Source: Octopus sinensis (taxonomy: Eukaryota). Taken from it: 64,000 bases of DNA. The number at the start of each line of letters is the position of its first letter. The stretch's first letter is position 1. Shown here in pieces: positions 13,800-28,001 of this stretch. The DNA is taken from positions 55,118,001 to 55,182,000 of the forward strand of contig NC_043009.1 in NCBI RefSeq assembly GCF_006345805.1, in the 5' to 3' direction. The position numbers and the translations under genes are program-made. The notes under the pieces were generated by a model, which was not told the DNA's origin, made no database searches, and saw nothing but the letters and a program-made list of their open reading frames with translations.

Positions 13800-14045
13800 C
13801 CTAAGTAAAAAAAAAATGATAAAAAGAATATAGTGAATTTGCTGTGAAAAGTGAAACAACTGACATTTCAGGTCTTTCTTCAGGAAAAACTTAAAAGGAG
13901 ATAATAAATGAGAGACAATTATCTCTCATTTATTTTTCTTCTTTCAATTTCTCCCTGAAGAAGCACATAATCCAAAACACTGGATTTTTCACTTGTATAC
14001 AGCAAGTTCACTGCTCACTTTTTTATTGACTTTACTACATAAATC
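13800..14045. repeat. Imperfect ~245-bp palindrome, probable inverted Penelope-like terminal repeat remnant
   Basis: Perfect 13-bp stem AATAAATGAGAGA/TCTCTCATTTATT around the loop at 13916-13921; arm similarity continues outward (TTCTTCAGG/CCTGAAGAA, TTGCTG/CAGCAA, GTGAA/TTCAC); microsatellites on both sides. Confidence 0.55.
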
Positions 14046-15848
14046 GTGCCAACACTAGCCTCTTTGAAGTCTGATCATATATATATATATATGTATAATG
14101 TAATACCTGACAACATTACAGTTGCTTCAATAGATGTATCTTATCCAAGGTAAGAATAAATGTATTATAAAACAGTGGCTTTTATACATGTACTGACATG
14201 GAAAAATAATCAGCATCAAGGTACTAACAAAGGAAAATGGTTATTTGTTGGAAGCAACAATAGATATTATAAAAGAGGGAAAAAGGAAAGGATGGAACAG
14301 AAGAAAGATGAAACTGATGGAAAGAAGAATCAAGCTTATCTCAGAAAAGTATCAACAGAACAATACAGTACAGAAATATGGAAAAATCATAACGGTTGAT
14401 TGACAGCTGACCGGGGAACAAAAATTGTGACATGAGAATTGGAGAAGAACTATAAATGATAGTTGTAAAAAAAATCTATAAGTAGGCTGATAAATATATT
14501 ACTTTTGGAAGAAAGATATTGACCCTTTTTTGTAGACTCATGCTTCTTATCTCTCTGCCTTTTACCAGTTTATTTGTATATAACATACTGGTGAGCCTTA
14601 TATTATTATATCTAACCTTGACTTAATTGGTGCTTATTTTAATTTTGCTTTCCAGTAACTAAATTTATTTGTAATGTCTCATCTGAGATACAATCAGCGG
14701 CTCTGCTTATCTCCCCTATACTCTGCATACACGTGCACCAGCGATTTTCTTGCAATGAATAGTCAGTCACGTCATTTAATTCTGATAAATTACAAGGGAG
14801 AACTTGAAATTCCTGTGTCCATCAGTTTTAGTTCACTGTGCGACCACAAGTGGTGCTACGTGTATACATTTATTACTTACACTGTACTTGTGAGTGGCAA
14901 AACCAAACTTTTGAGGCAATTAAGGCTAAGAAAACTGAGAATGCCAATGAGTGTCATTTGACAATGAGAATTAAATTGTTCTACAAACTAAATTAAGGCA
15001 TAAGTGACTGAGTATTATACTCATCATTTTCGGGCCGAAGAATCAACATGACACAGTGTGTGACATGGATGTACCACTTGAATTATGTGTACAATCATCC
15101 CTACCCAAACAAACTTTTCTACAGTTTTCATCCAATTTCACTCACAAGATATATATTGACATGAGGCTTTAGAAAATGGCATTTATCCAATATGCCAGGC
15201 AGTGGAATTGAACCCAGAACTTCATGGTTATGAAGTGAACTGCTTAACCATACAGCCATACTTTACCTACCATTTCATACTACAATAAAGTATAATCTTC
15301 CAGCATTTCTTTTCCTTTTGGTTCTACTCCTTTATTTGTCACATTTAACACGTTCATGCCCATTCAGACGTGAGAAGACCTTTCACAGCAGAAATAATTT
15401 CAGAAGAAAATTCTCCTCCTTGATATGACTGAAAACACATAATGGGCTGTGAATGACTTCATTGGATCACAGGATGAATGCAATTCTGCATCCTTTTACT
15501 TTGTTAATCTACAAACACTGAATTTGTCATTCACAGCCCAACAAGAAGAAAATTATTCCTAATAAAACAGCATATGGTACATTTTCTGATGCTCCTAAAG
15601 CTTGGTCCAAGCTAGAATTAAATGAATTATATCAAACAAATGTCCACAGTGGAAGGTCCTCACATATTCAAATACACTTGGACATGGTAAATGTAACTTT
15701 ACACAAATGAAATATATTCAACACTGTTTCATGTGACAATATTTCTCTATTTGTATTTTTTTTATATTGGTTGGCTATATTTCTGTTACTGACAGCATCA
15801 ATTATTACTCATTATTACTACATAGCTATATTTCTTTTAACTACCATA

Positions 15849-15889
<41 letters not shown>

Positions 15890-15990
15890 TGTGTACAGTG
15901 CTCAGGTGCACGACAACTCATCTAAAGTGTATATATAATCAGGTGTAGTTTATATATATATATATAGTTTATATATATATATATATATAT

Positions 15991-16385
15991 AGGCGTAGGA
16001 GTGGCTGTGTGGTAAGTAGCTTGCTTACCAACCACATGGTTCCAGGTTCAGTTCCACTGCGTGGCACCGCAGGCAAGTGTCTTCTACTATAGCCTCGGGC
16101 CGCCTAAAGCCTCGTGAGTGGATTTGGTAGACGGAAACTAAAAGAAGCCCGTCGCATATATGTATATATATGTGTGAGCTTGTGTGTCTGTGTTTGTCCT
16201 CCTCAACATCGCTTGACAACCGATGCTGGTGTGTTTACGTCCCCGTAACTTAGTGGTTCGGCAAAAGAGCCCGATAGAATAAGTACTAGGCTTAAAAGAA
16301 TAAGTCCTGGGGTCGATTTGCTCGACTAAAGACGGTGCTCCAGCATGGCTGCAGTCAAATGATTGAAACAAGTAAAAGAGTAAGA

Positions 16386-16388
<3 letters not shown>
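15991..16388 (+). mobile_element. tRNA-derived SINE family B (~400 bp, internal (TA/CA)n)
   Basis: Head with A/B-box-like GGCTGTGTGGTAAG / GGTTCAGTTCCAC; tail ...CAGTCAAATGATTGAAACAAGTAAAAGAG. Copies on - at ~632-990, 20022-20380, 25240-25745, 31615-32010, 32845-33270, 39432-39835, 51802-52200 and 62090-62499; on + at 44339-44960. Confidence 0.8.
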
Positions 16389-16420
<32 letters not shown>

Positions 16421-17087
16421 CCCAACAGATGCTGGTTGAGTCTATTTATATATACTTGCAAAATTTATTCACTGCATTTAATATAGAATTTTGCACCATT
16501 CATTCCTAGAAATATTCAGCTTTTAATCTTGGCAACGATTAGCTAATCAATCACTCATTGCATAGTGACTCAGTATATAAGCTTTTTATTTTTAATCACT
16601 AAAAATCCTTTTCAAGCCATTTATTCCATTTATAGATTTTGTCAACTCATTTATTGTTTTCTCCAACTATCATTTATAATTTTCTCCATTTCTCATGCAA
16701 TAATCTTTGTTTCCGGTTCAATTGTCAATCAAATGTTATAGAATTGCATTATGTGAAATTTCCATAATCCATGTATGGAGGAAATATGCATGATCTTACT
16801 GCATAGCAAGTATGCACACACACACACACACACATTTATTAAAGGTAACTACCTTAGAATTGAACAAGCACTTCAACACATGGATTTTCAAATGTACTGC
16901 TGAAAAGATAACTATGAAGTGAAATATTTGTAAGATATGTAATACTTAATAAATGAATAGATACTCTACATCATTATGTATTGAAACAGCTGTAAGGTGT
17001 GTAATACTCTACATTATTACATATTGAGCCCTTTACAAACTGGTGGTCTTCTCAATCTTCTTTCTAGGACTTATAAATAATATATGC

Positions 17088-17174
<87 letters not shown>

Positions 17175-17483
17175 TGTGTGTTTGTGTTGTGTATGCAGGC
17201 ATGCACATGTGTGTGTGTATGCATGTGTTGTGTGTATGCAGGCATGCATATGTGTGTGTGTTTGTAATGTGTGATCTTAAATGTTTACCACTTAGTAAGT
17301 CATGCGAAAAGATGACAACCAACTGAAAAGAAAAATACATTATAAGTAAATAGTAACATGAAAGTGATGTCCATCAGTTAGCAGAAGATATCCACCTCAG
17401 CTAACAACTGAATGTAATTGTTGGTTACAGACCTATTCGGTGGTTGAAGATCAGTTCATTGGCTACTGTGAGCAGCATGCACT

Positions 17484-17576
17484 TTACGACGCCGATGACT
17501 TCTCCAGCAGAGCTAATTGCATTATGGGTAAAAGTGCCCGGAAGCCTTCATCAATATATGAACTGCTATTTGATGC
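17484..17576 (-). CDS. FAM114A2: FAM114A-family last coding exon
   Basis: ttgtttag|ASNSSSYIDEGFRALLPIMQLALLEKSSAS*, matching the family C-terminus ASNSASYIQDAFQLLLP. Total CDS 1839 nt = 612 aa + stop. Confidence 0.92.
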   Translation of the reverse strand, partial: ASNSSSYIDEGFRALLPIMQLALLEKSSAS

Positions 17577-18628
17577 CTAAACAAGTACATGAAAAACACA
17601 CGAATTAGCAAGGTGCATGAAATATTGAGAGTAGGAAATATATATTTTTTTTTTATGGACAGAAAAATTTACATAGAAATATTGTACAGACAAGAAGGTA
17701 ATATTTCAAACGCAGTATAGCTGTGAAAACAACAGAAAGATTGATTATTATTACCCTTATAAAACAAAAAAAGTTGTGAACAAACAGCTGGCTATTTGTT
17801 AACAACTTTTTCCATCTTATAAAGATAATAATATCCAATCTTTCTTCTCTTTTTATGGCTATAATGGCTATATTTGAAATATTACCTTGTCTATATAACA
17901 TGATGCACTTTCAACGTTATGAAAAACATAATAAAAGTTTGTTTATGTATGTTGTTGTTGCATTACATAGAAATGTTTTTAGTGTTTTCTTTAACTTACA
18001 AAGGGTATCTAAAAGTGTTTATTATTATTATTATTATTTATTTTTTGATGTATCATTTAGTCAGTTGGAAGTTAACCCCATGATCTCTACAGGGTCTAAA
18101 ATAACAGAAGGAAAAAACCAGGACATCAATATATATATATATAATGAACTGATTTTATACTACACAAGTTCTAGTCAATGTGGTGTGAATTCTAATGAAT
18201 TCTTTTAAAATTTCACACCAGTAGAAAAAAAGCTAGTTGAAAAGTTGCTTTTTTCCAATGGGTGAGGAATTTTGAAAGACATTTACTAAAAAAATGAGAA
18301 CATCAATAAATATACACATTTACACATACATACATGTGGCATTAGGAAGGGCATCCAGCTGTAGAAACACTGCCAGATCAGACTGGAGCCTGGTGCAGTC
18401 CCTGGCTTCCCAGACCCCGGTCAAACCGTCCAACCCGTGCTAGCGCGGAAAACGGACGTTAAACGATGATGATGATGATGATACATGATTATGTGCATAC
18501 ATACATGCATACATCATACACACACCTACATACAAATAGGTCAGTATAGAGAAATACTTATGCATAAATTTATTCAAACAAAACAGTAGACATCAAAATA
18601 ATGTATAAAAAAAGCATTCATATCTTAC

Positions 18629-18685
18629 TTCAAGATAAACATTAGTTATGTATTGGTTGACAGACTTCTTTTCACTCTCTTCTTC
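18629..18685 (-). CDS. FAM114A2: FAM114A-family coding exon 11
   Basis: ctcttgcag|...|gtaaga; EEESEKKSVNQYITNVYLE, matching family N..IT.V.LE. Confidence 0.88.
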
Positions 18686-19160
18686 CTGCAAGAGGTAAAC
18701 AAAAATCAGTTGAATAATTAACAGCTACATTAAGTAAGACACACAGATTACTATTTGGAACTAATCCTACCTCTATTGTTAACAATGATTTTTTTACCCA
18801 GCCCAGTAGTTATTTGTGACATCAGTAATTGGATTTCTTAATTGTTTTTTGATATCAGTAGAGATGAAATTTTGTCAAAGTATATAGTTTATAGTGGACA
18901 CTTTCTAATAATGGCTCACAAATATGCAGAAATCCTGGGATCTAGTTTTTCCATCATGGCTTGGTGGATGCTTTCCATCTTCTACTGATATCTCTGTGCT
19001 TCTTTTTTTTTTTTTAGCACTATATGTCTATATGAGATGCTTTATCAAGAAGCAAATATCACAATATTGTGGCTTTCTTACAGTATGTCTGCATTAAGTA
19101 AGATTTCCAGATTGCTATTCAGAACTAAAACTGTTTCAGTCACAAATCACAAATAATGAA

Positions 19161-19209
<49 letters not shown>

Positions 19210-19444
19210 CTATTGAAACAAGTCGAAATGAAATACCTATTGCAACTAATAATGTCTGCTCCAAGACTGATTTATGTAAGTGGAATATCAAAAGATAAAA
19301 TTGGAAAATAATGACAAATTTCAAGACTTTGAAATTACAGCCAAATTCAGAGAAACTTGTACAGAACACCACTGCATGGCACTGAACTACCAGTGTATGA
19401 AATAGTAGTAGTAAAAGAGAATTCTGTAAAAGAACAATACTTAC

Positions 19445-19520
19445 AGCAATTACTGTATTGAGACATTTGGCGAATTTGGTTGATAGAATGTTAATTTCAG
19501 TCCAGAATATTTTAGTCAAA
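19445..19520 (-). CDS. FAM114A2: FAM114A-family coding exon 10
   Basis: ttcttcag|...|gtaagt; LTKIFWTEINILSTKFAKCLNTVIA. Confidence 0.88.
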
Positions 19521-21221
19521 CTGAAGAAACAAGAGAGAGAAAAGAAATATTTATTTAAATTTACGAAAAATGAAAAATTTGAATTTTGACACATTATTCA
19601 CTGAATCTGTTTTTAACAAATATATATACATACTAAACTTGGTTGTTGGAATTTGTTAGTAAAATCTAGCTTCAGCAAGAATATCCGAATAAGTATTTCA
19701 AATGGATGGTGTGTCCTGGTGATGAGTAAGGGAGATAATCATTTCAAGATAAACGGCAGGATTAGAAGTTTGAATTTTAAACCTAAGACCAGTAAGACCA
19801 AGGAAGAAAATGCACAAGATGTACATATTTAATTATTTTTCTTACTCATTACAAGGATCTAATGTATCATACTTAATGTACATACCCATTGATAAGCCAG
19901 TTACTGTAATATAAGTACTGAGATAACACATCTCTTATAGATGTGCTGTGTGAAAGATGTTATCTCAGGGTGAATACTGCAGTAACTGGTCTATTAACAG
20001 TGAATATATCTTTAATCTTTTACTTATTTCAGTCTGCAGCTATACTGAGGCACTATCTTAAAGAGTTTTTAGTCAAATGAATTGACCTCAGTACTTTCTT
20101 TTCCATTAAGCCTGGTACTTATTCTAGCAGTGTCTTTTGCTGAACTGCTATGTTATGGGGACATAAATGAACCAACACTGGTTGCCAAGTGGTGGAGTGG
20201 GGACAAACACACACACACACAATGGGCTTTTTTTCAGTTTCCGTCTACCAAATCTACTTACAAGGCTTTAGTTGGCCCAAGGTTATAGTAGAAGATACTT
20301 GTCCAAGATGTCACACAGTGGGAGTGAACCTGGAGCCATGTGGTTGGAAAGAAAGGTTCTTACCACACAGCCAAGCCTACATAAAGTATGATACACAGCT
20401 AGCTATAGAATACATGTCTTAATATGTAAATACTGCCTTATTTATGGGATTGTTTGTATGTCATCATCATCATTTAACGTCTGCTTTCCATGCTAGCATG
20501 GGTTTGATGATTTGACAGAGGACTGGCGAACCAGATGGCTGCATCAGGCTCCAATCTGATCCGGCAGAGTTTCTACAGCTGGATGCCCTTCCTAACACCA
20601 ACCACTGGCACAAGGGCCAGTCAGGCAGTACTGGCAACAGTTACGCTCAAATGGTGTTTTTTACATGCCACCTGCACAGGTGCCAGTCCAGCGGTACTGG
20701 CAACGACCTCACTCGAATGTTTTCTGTTTATGTATATTCCTATAGACCGTAGGTATATTTGTTTACATTTTTTCTCCAAAAATTTATAAAATAAGAATGA
20801 TATACTTCTAACAAAAAACTGTATATTTGATTGACACACACAATGTAAAAAGTAGACAATAATCTTAATGCTCCACTACTAATTTTAAACAGCTAATCAG
20901 GCTTATTGTTGTCACGAGTCTTCCCTGAAAAGTGATATGCATGATAGTGACTTCTGTGGTTATACATGCATACATAAACATGTCTAAATATGTGTGTGTG
21001 TGTGTGTGTGTGTGCATGCGTGCGCCTGTCTGAGTGGGCATGCAAATGCATCTAAGACAATCAATACACAAACAAAAATGAATTTAAAGAATAAAAGAAA
21101 ATCAGAATCTATTTTATAAAATTAGGTAGAGAAATTAAAGAAAAATATCGGTAAAACAAATAACAAGAGAAAGAGAAAAAAGAAAAATGAGAGAGAGAGA
21201 AAGGGAGAGAAAGCAATGTAC

Positions 21222-21361
21222 CTGGCAAGGTTTTTGGCACGATCTTCAACACTTCGTTCGACATCACTTTGCAAAAGGATCAGTTCCCCAGCTTTGTGGA
21301 ACTGTTCAATTATTTTGGCTGTCAGTTCAGCCATTGACTGGATTGCAACTGTGTAAATTTC
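21222..21361 (-). CDS. FAM114A2: FAM114A-family coding exon 9
   Basis: EIYTVAIQSMAELTAKIIEQFHKAGELILLQSDVERSVEDRAKNLA(S), matching the family AI.SLAELTA.SIE.FHK motif. Confidence 0.93.
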
Positions 21362-22792
21362 CTATAGTTATAAATATACATAATGTTGGCATTTAATATG
21401 GAATTATAGTATTTAAACAATAAAAGAGAGAGTGTGCGTGTGTGTGTGTGTTGGTAGTAATAATAAGGCTAGTTGGAAGAAATGAAAGGATTGTTCATTA
21501 GTTTATGTATATACTGGTACAGAAAGTCTTCAAATTTTCTAAGGAAATAAATTAAATAAATAAAGCTGAATATAAACATTATTATATTTAAGAATTCTTT
21601 TGTCTAATGCTTGAGAACGTTTGTGCTCTACTATTTTATTCTATTTTATTTCCTACTCCCGAACTATATGGGAGTACTCCCTAACTATATGGCCGTTTTA
21701 TGTTAAAACTGGCCAGATCTGGCCTCTTACACCTACCCAACAATGTCATTCTGAAAATAAACAACCACATCATTGAAATCTCACAGCTATGACATAATGT
21801 ATGATTAATTCAAAACAATGTGATTAAAAAAGCATTACACTTGACAAAATAATCTAAATACTAAAGGGTTAACAGTTCCATTAATCCACTGTCCAGGATT
21901 AGTAATTCTTTTTTTTTTTTATCAATCTTGAAAGGATAAAAGGCAAAGTTGCCCTCAGTAGGATCTGAGCATAAAGTCAAAAGTTACACATAGATAACTG
22001 TAACACGACATCTAACACCTTTGTTAAACCATTTTCTTTAAGAAAGTCTAATACAATGAATTTCTATCGATCTTGTATCTCTTGCATTATTTTCTATCGT
22101 GAATCTCAATAAAAGCTACTTAGTTGACTCTTGTAATTGAAAGAAGAAAAAAAAACCAAAAAAAAAACCCAAAAAAATGTAAATAAAAACCTTCTGAAAT
22201 TACCAAATGTCAAATGTGAAGAAGAAAAAAAGAGTCTATTAAGTCACATATCATGATCCTTATTGATTGTATAATCCAGGAGCTTATGAAGATATTAGCT
22301 AATTAATTACTAAATCTCTAGTAATACCAGTCCTTTATAACTAAATATTAACATTTGATCAGTACTGTAGTTAACATTCCCTCAACATTGAATGTTATGC
22401 ATATGCTGTTTTTGCAATATTAGAAACAGATGACTAACTTAAACACAGGTGGTTATATCTTTTGTTGTTTTTTTTTATGCATTTATATTGATGCATTACA
22501 AAATATTTTTCTCATTTCAGAGATAATGTTTTTCTTCTATGATAAAGTATGAGATATTTTGACACAGCCATTTTGGCCCTGCCTATTTGGCATTGCAGGT
22601 TTGACACTTGGAGCTTTGTCCCCAGGAACTTATGGCATAAAAATTTTGTTTTTGTTCTAGTTATCAACTCACTGAAGCAACTACTAAACGGCATTTAATT
22701 TCCTGCTTCACTTTGTGTGTAAGACAGCAACTGTTTATGTCAATCAGTTTCAATCTATTATTTGTAATCTCTCTATCTCTGTATGGATATAG

Positions 22793-22824
<32 letters not shown>

Positions 22825-23574
22825 ATACGCACACCTCTAATTCCAAAAAGTGTTGTTGCCAAAAACAGGTTCAGCATTCAATCAGATTGGCCAAATAACC
22901 AGCCCCTGGAAGGGACCTTTATATCTACTTTATATAACCAATTTTTTAAAACACCCAAGGGAAATAACCCATAGCACCTGTACAATATTTTTTAAACACT
23001 CAAGGGAAATAACCCATTTTATTGTTTAATTTGAATATTGATTTTTTTGTGTGCCCTATTTCTAACTTTTGCAGACAATATCTCTTTTATACTTTATTTG
23101 ACATGTGAGTAGAATTCATGTATGGAAACCTTGTGATATACTTAGATTGTTGAAAACAATCAATAATAGGGCCTTTCCAATGGATCCTTCTATCTACTAC
23201 ATATTACTAATATTTTATTTAAACCCAAGGGAAATAACCAATACCACCTGCAGATTTTAGCGAAGTGATCAATATTTGATTCTCACAATCAGCCGACCTA
23301 GTTCTGCATTTCACAATGGATTATGCAAAAGAAAAAAAGGAAAGGACACACTGAATAATGAAGCCTTAGATACACTATGTCTGAATAAAATATAGAATGG
23401 TCACAGATGGATTTCCTTTAATTATAGTCCCGCTTTATCAGAGCTGATCTGGGGACTAAACAAACAACAATAAACTACAGCTTCTTTTTAGTTACATGGT
23501 TGTTATATAACTTTACCATTACAGATTTACTTTGAAAAAAAAAAGGCTTTTCCAAAATAATGAATATATTTCAC

Positions 23575-23658
23575 CTTGGGATCAGCTGCTTTCTTCTCTT
23601 CATCTGTTGAATGAGTTTCAAAAAACTCTGTGATCCATTGCCTTGCGTTGGCTTGACA
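23575..23658 (-). CDS. FAM114A2: FAM114A-family coding exon 8
   Basis: ttttttttcag|...|gtgaaa; CQANARQWITEFFETHSTDEEKKAADPK, phase 0-0. Confidence 0.85.
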
Positions 23659-24845
23659 CTGAAAAAAAATTGCAAGAAAGTAAAGTGAGGTGAACAGAAT
23701 ATATATTTGTTTTGTTTTGTTCTTTTCGTTTGTTTTTTAAATGGCTTAGTGAGAGGAAGATCAGAGCCCATTAACTATCCGGGGTCCCTCAGATTATCAA
23801 GAGGGAGAAAACAAGCTCAGCCAATGGGTTGCTACAATAAGAAACAGCACATCAATATAAGGAATAATCCTCAAATCCCAGATCAACTCTGAATGCTTAA
23901 ACAGAGTGAATTCCACTAAAGGCAAGGACCAGGTGTTGTTAAATTGGACAATGGACTAAGACTACCACCCCAAAACAGTAACAGTCTTGCCAACAGGCTT
24001 CTATTGTTTCTGACCACCAAATTTCAGTCACGAAGCTTTGATTGACCCAGTTATGATAGAAAATATTTGCCCATGATCCACACAGTTGATCTGAAACCAA
24101 AACATTGTAGTTACAAAGCAAACATCTTGACTGCACAGCTAGGTCTTACAAAAGAAAAGCAAACAATGCTATTTCATAATTTTGTTATTCAATTCTTCCT
24201 ATATTCTCACAAGTATAAATACAATATTTGAAGTTTACTTCCCAACCACATGGTTTCAGGTTCAGTCCCACAGTGTAACACCTTGAACAACTGTCTTCTA
24301 TAGACCCAGGTCGATCAAAGCCTTATGTGTAGATTTGGTAGCTGGAAACCGTCATCTGTGCACACGCGTGCATGTGCGCACACACGCATGTATGTGGGTG
24401 CCTGCATGTATGTGTACATTTGAGTGTATTTACACTATAGGTTACTTTAATACAAGGAGAAAGATAAGTTTGAAAGCAGAGGCAATGGTGAGGAGTTCTA
24501 GCTACATTTTGTCAAACTTCGATACAGTTGAAATGCACAAGTCTCCAATGACCAAGTGGTTAAAAAGTATCAACAGAAGGGCACCCAGGAGTAATAGCCT
24601 GGATCTGGCCTGGCCCCTTTGAGTGTAAGAAACTAAAGGCCAAAACACTTGCCTGAGTGGGGTTTCTCTTTTGAAGACCTTCAGCTGTTCAGCTATCTTG
24701 ATAATTTTTTACCACTTATTCAAGATTTTAGAAATTAGAACCCAAGAAACTAAACTAATAATAATGTGTTGTGCTGCACTGACAGTGTGATTTTGCCAGA
24801 GTCTATAGAAAGAACTTTAAATTTGAAAAATGTGACCCCACTTAC

Positions 24846-24937
24846 CTTATTAAGTTTGTCTGGTTGAGCTCCCAGGTGGACATCTGATAAATGCTCAGTA
24901 ACAAGACCAACAAACAAGTGGTCTTTATCAAAATCTT
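24846..24937 (-). CDS. FAM114A2: FAM114A-family coding exon 7
   Basis: ttttgcag|...|gtaagt; (E)DFDKDHLFVGLVTEHLSDVHLGAQPDKLNK. Confidence 0.88.
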
Positions 24938-26351
24938 CTGCAAAACATAACAAAATAAAACAATTGTTAGAATTGTAATAAACTTCCACTTCTCATTGAT
25001 TTTATGACAGAATGTAAGATTTAGTTTTTAAAATCATTTTTTAGAAAGGACAGGTTGAGGTGAATCCTTTACAAAATATAATTTTATTGTTTCTGGAAAG
25101 GTGAAAAACAAAGTCAACCATGGCATGATTTCAATATAAAATAGTGAAGCAACAAACTGTGAAGTATCTTGTCTAGCACTATCATCTTCACCATCTCCAT
25201 TGTTATTAATGGAATAAGAGATATATCTTTTTTTTTTTTATCATTTATTTGTTTCAGTCACTGGACTGAAGTCTTGCTAGAGCAACACTCTGAAGGGTTT
25301 AGTCAAACAAATTGACCTCAGTACTTATTATTCTTATGTCTGATACTTACTCTATGCGGTTTCTTTTGCTAAACTACTAAGTTACAGGGACATAAACAAA
25401 CCAACACAGGTTGTCAAGCAATGGTGGGGAAACAAACACAAACACATCATCATCCTTTAACGCCCATTTTCCATGTTGGCATGGGTTGGATGGTTTGACC
25501 AGAGCTGATTTGCCTTGATTTCTATGGCTGGATGCTATAGAAATCAACCACTAATGGCAACCACTTTATAGTGTGTGCTGAGTTTCTACAGTTTCCATGT
25601 AGTTTCCAACTTCCGGATTCACTCACAAGGCACTGATTGGTTTAGGACTATAGTAGAAGACATTTGCTCAAGGTAGCATGCAGTGGGATTGTACCCAAAA
25701 CCATGCAGTCACAAAGCAAGCTTCTTAAGCACACAGCCATGCCAGTCCCAATTCCAAGCAGCCTGGCAATGCCTATATAGATGATATTTTCTATGATTAT
25801 AAAATGTAATTTTCCAATTTAGATAGCTACGGTGTATTATCATCATCAGTGTCATCATCATTTAACTTCCACTTTTCCATGCTTGCATGAGTCAGACGTA
25901 ATTTGTTGAGGCAGAGTTTCTATGACTGGATGCCTTTCCTGTAGCCAACCCTTACTGACTTCTATCTTTAACTGTTCTTTCAATAATGTTTCACCAGATA
26001 ACATTCTAATAAATGAATGATGTTCCAAAGCCAGGGTCATGACCAAAGCCAGGGTTATGCTGAAATCATGAGATGCAGCATGGTGGGTGCAAACTACCTC
26101 ATATAGTCAATAGTGAATATCACTAGATGCTGGTAAATGAATGGTCAACAGCCAGGGTCAACCAGTTCACTTGGTGAAATACTGCTAACATTTGTAGTCA
26201 TGATGTGCACAGATGAAACATTGACCTATCAAAAGAACAATGTAACTTATTGGTCTGGGCAAATTGCCCAACCAGATGACGATGACAGTTAAGTCCAACA
26301 CTCAACATTTTTTTGAGATCATTAATAAACAAATAAACAAATTTAAAATAC

Positions 26352-26522
26352 CTTCATCTTCTATAGCCACTTCAAAAGCATCCCTCACTTTTAGAAGTTC
26401 GTTTTTCATGTCTTCTTCTTCTTCTTCCTTGCCAGCATTAGAAGAGTGGTATTCAAGCAATGCACTTAACTTAGCTTCACTTTGTTGAGAGAGCAGCCGT
26501 AAAGCATCCATATGAGCTTGCC
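26352..26522 (-). CDS. FAM114A2: FAM114A-family coding exon 6
   Basis: tttcag|...|gtattt; (G)QAHMDALRLLSQQSEAKL...ELLKVRDAFEVAIEDE, resembling the family GLSHLEALE.LS.ESE motif. Confidence 0.92.
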
Positions 26523-28001
26523 CTGAAATATACAATGTACAACATACAGAACCTCCAAGACCAGACTAAACAGTCATCATCATCATCATCATACTCATAA
26601 TCTTCACATCCACTTTTCCATACTTTCATGGATCAGACCAAGTTTATTAAGGCGGATTTTCTATGGCCAGATGCCCCTGCTGTCACCAACTTTTGACTGA
26701 TTCCAAGAAAAGTACTATTTCCCTTGACATGTTTCCAGAGATGGTTATTTTTTCTGATGAGTTGTAATGTACCTGAGTACTGTATGCAATAAGTTCATTA
26801 TATTATAACACTTGGAAATAAAAAAAACATTCATTTACAACAATCACACAATGCCAAGTTAAGGAAACACACACACACACATTTATGATGGACTTCTTTC
26901 AGTTTTTGTCAACTAAATCCACCCACAAAACTTTTTCAACCTAGGGCTAAAGTAGAAAACACTTTCCCAAGGTGCCATACAAGTAAACTGAACTCGAGAT
27001 ACTTTGTGGTTGGAAAACAAAGGTCTTAACCACAGATATCAATAATATTTTTGAGAATAACAAACATTATATTTTAGAACAGCCTAAATTTTAACATGAC
27101 ACATTGCAATCAGCATGCAAGAAAAAAATATACCTGAGAAACAAGCTGTTACTCATTTGCAATCACGTGCATACTTAGCAGCTGCTACCAAATACTACTC
27201 CTTAGACCATTACCACAACAGAAAGTGTGTGAGAGTGTGTGTTTGTGTGTGGGTATTCACATACTGTTTACAAATGAAAATGTATTTAATATATGCAGTA
27301 ATGTTCATATATTTTGCAACAGCTGATGATTCAAAGAGTTTCACACGACATGCTGTTGTTCAGGTGATACAGACATAAACAACTACACCACATAGTAGGG
27401 AAACTGAATAACAACAGTGAATCGTCAGCTATTTCTAAATATCTATCTATATATATAAAATAAGGGATGTCTGTGTGTGTGTAACACATATGCATTTCTA
27501 CAGTTTTCAACCAATTTTCACCAGACTTTACACATACATTACTTATGTGCCATGGATGGTCATGCATTATAACATTTTGCCCAGAGCTCCCATGTAATGC
27601 AAGAAACTGACCATCAAAAAAAGGTTTTTACATGGGTTTTTCTCTAAAAACTGCAGTTCTCAACCAATTCTCTCCCTTCGACTTCTGCAGTTTTCTCTCC
27701 CTTTTCATTGTCTATTTCTTCTCTTTCTTTTTCTCACTTTCACAAATTTAGATATGTTTCTCTCTCTCTGAAAATTGATTTCAGTGTATTTCAGTTTTGT
27801 CATGCGTAAATATCTTTGTCTTCACGCTATTTGTACATTCTCCCTACAACATCACTTATTTAAAATTTTTTGCACTCCGTCTATTGGTGTGCTAAACTCA
27901 AATTGTTGTTTATGCAAAGCTTTAACATTTACTCCACAAATGTTTTGTCATCAATGCTACACTTTCCTGTATCACCTGTTTCAACATGAATGTAATACAT
28001 A

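Noticed and set aside
22900-23270. Three copies of CAAGGGAAATAACC as a regulatory motif cluster
   Set aside because: Explained by local duplication of a ~100-bp degraded repeat unit; no further evidence of function.
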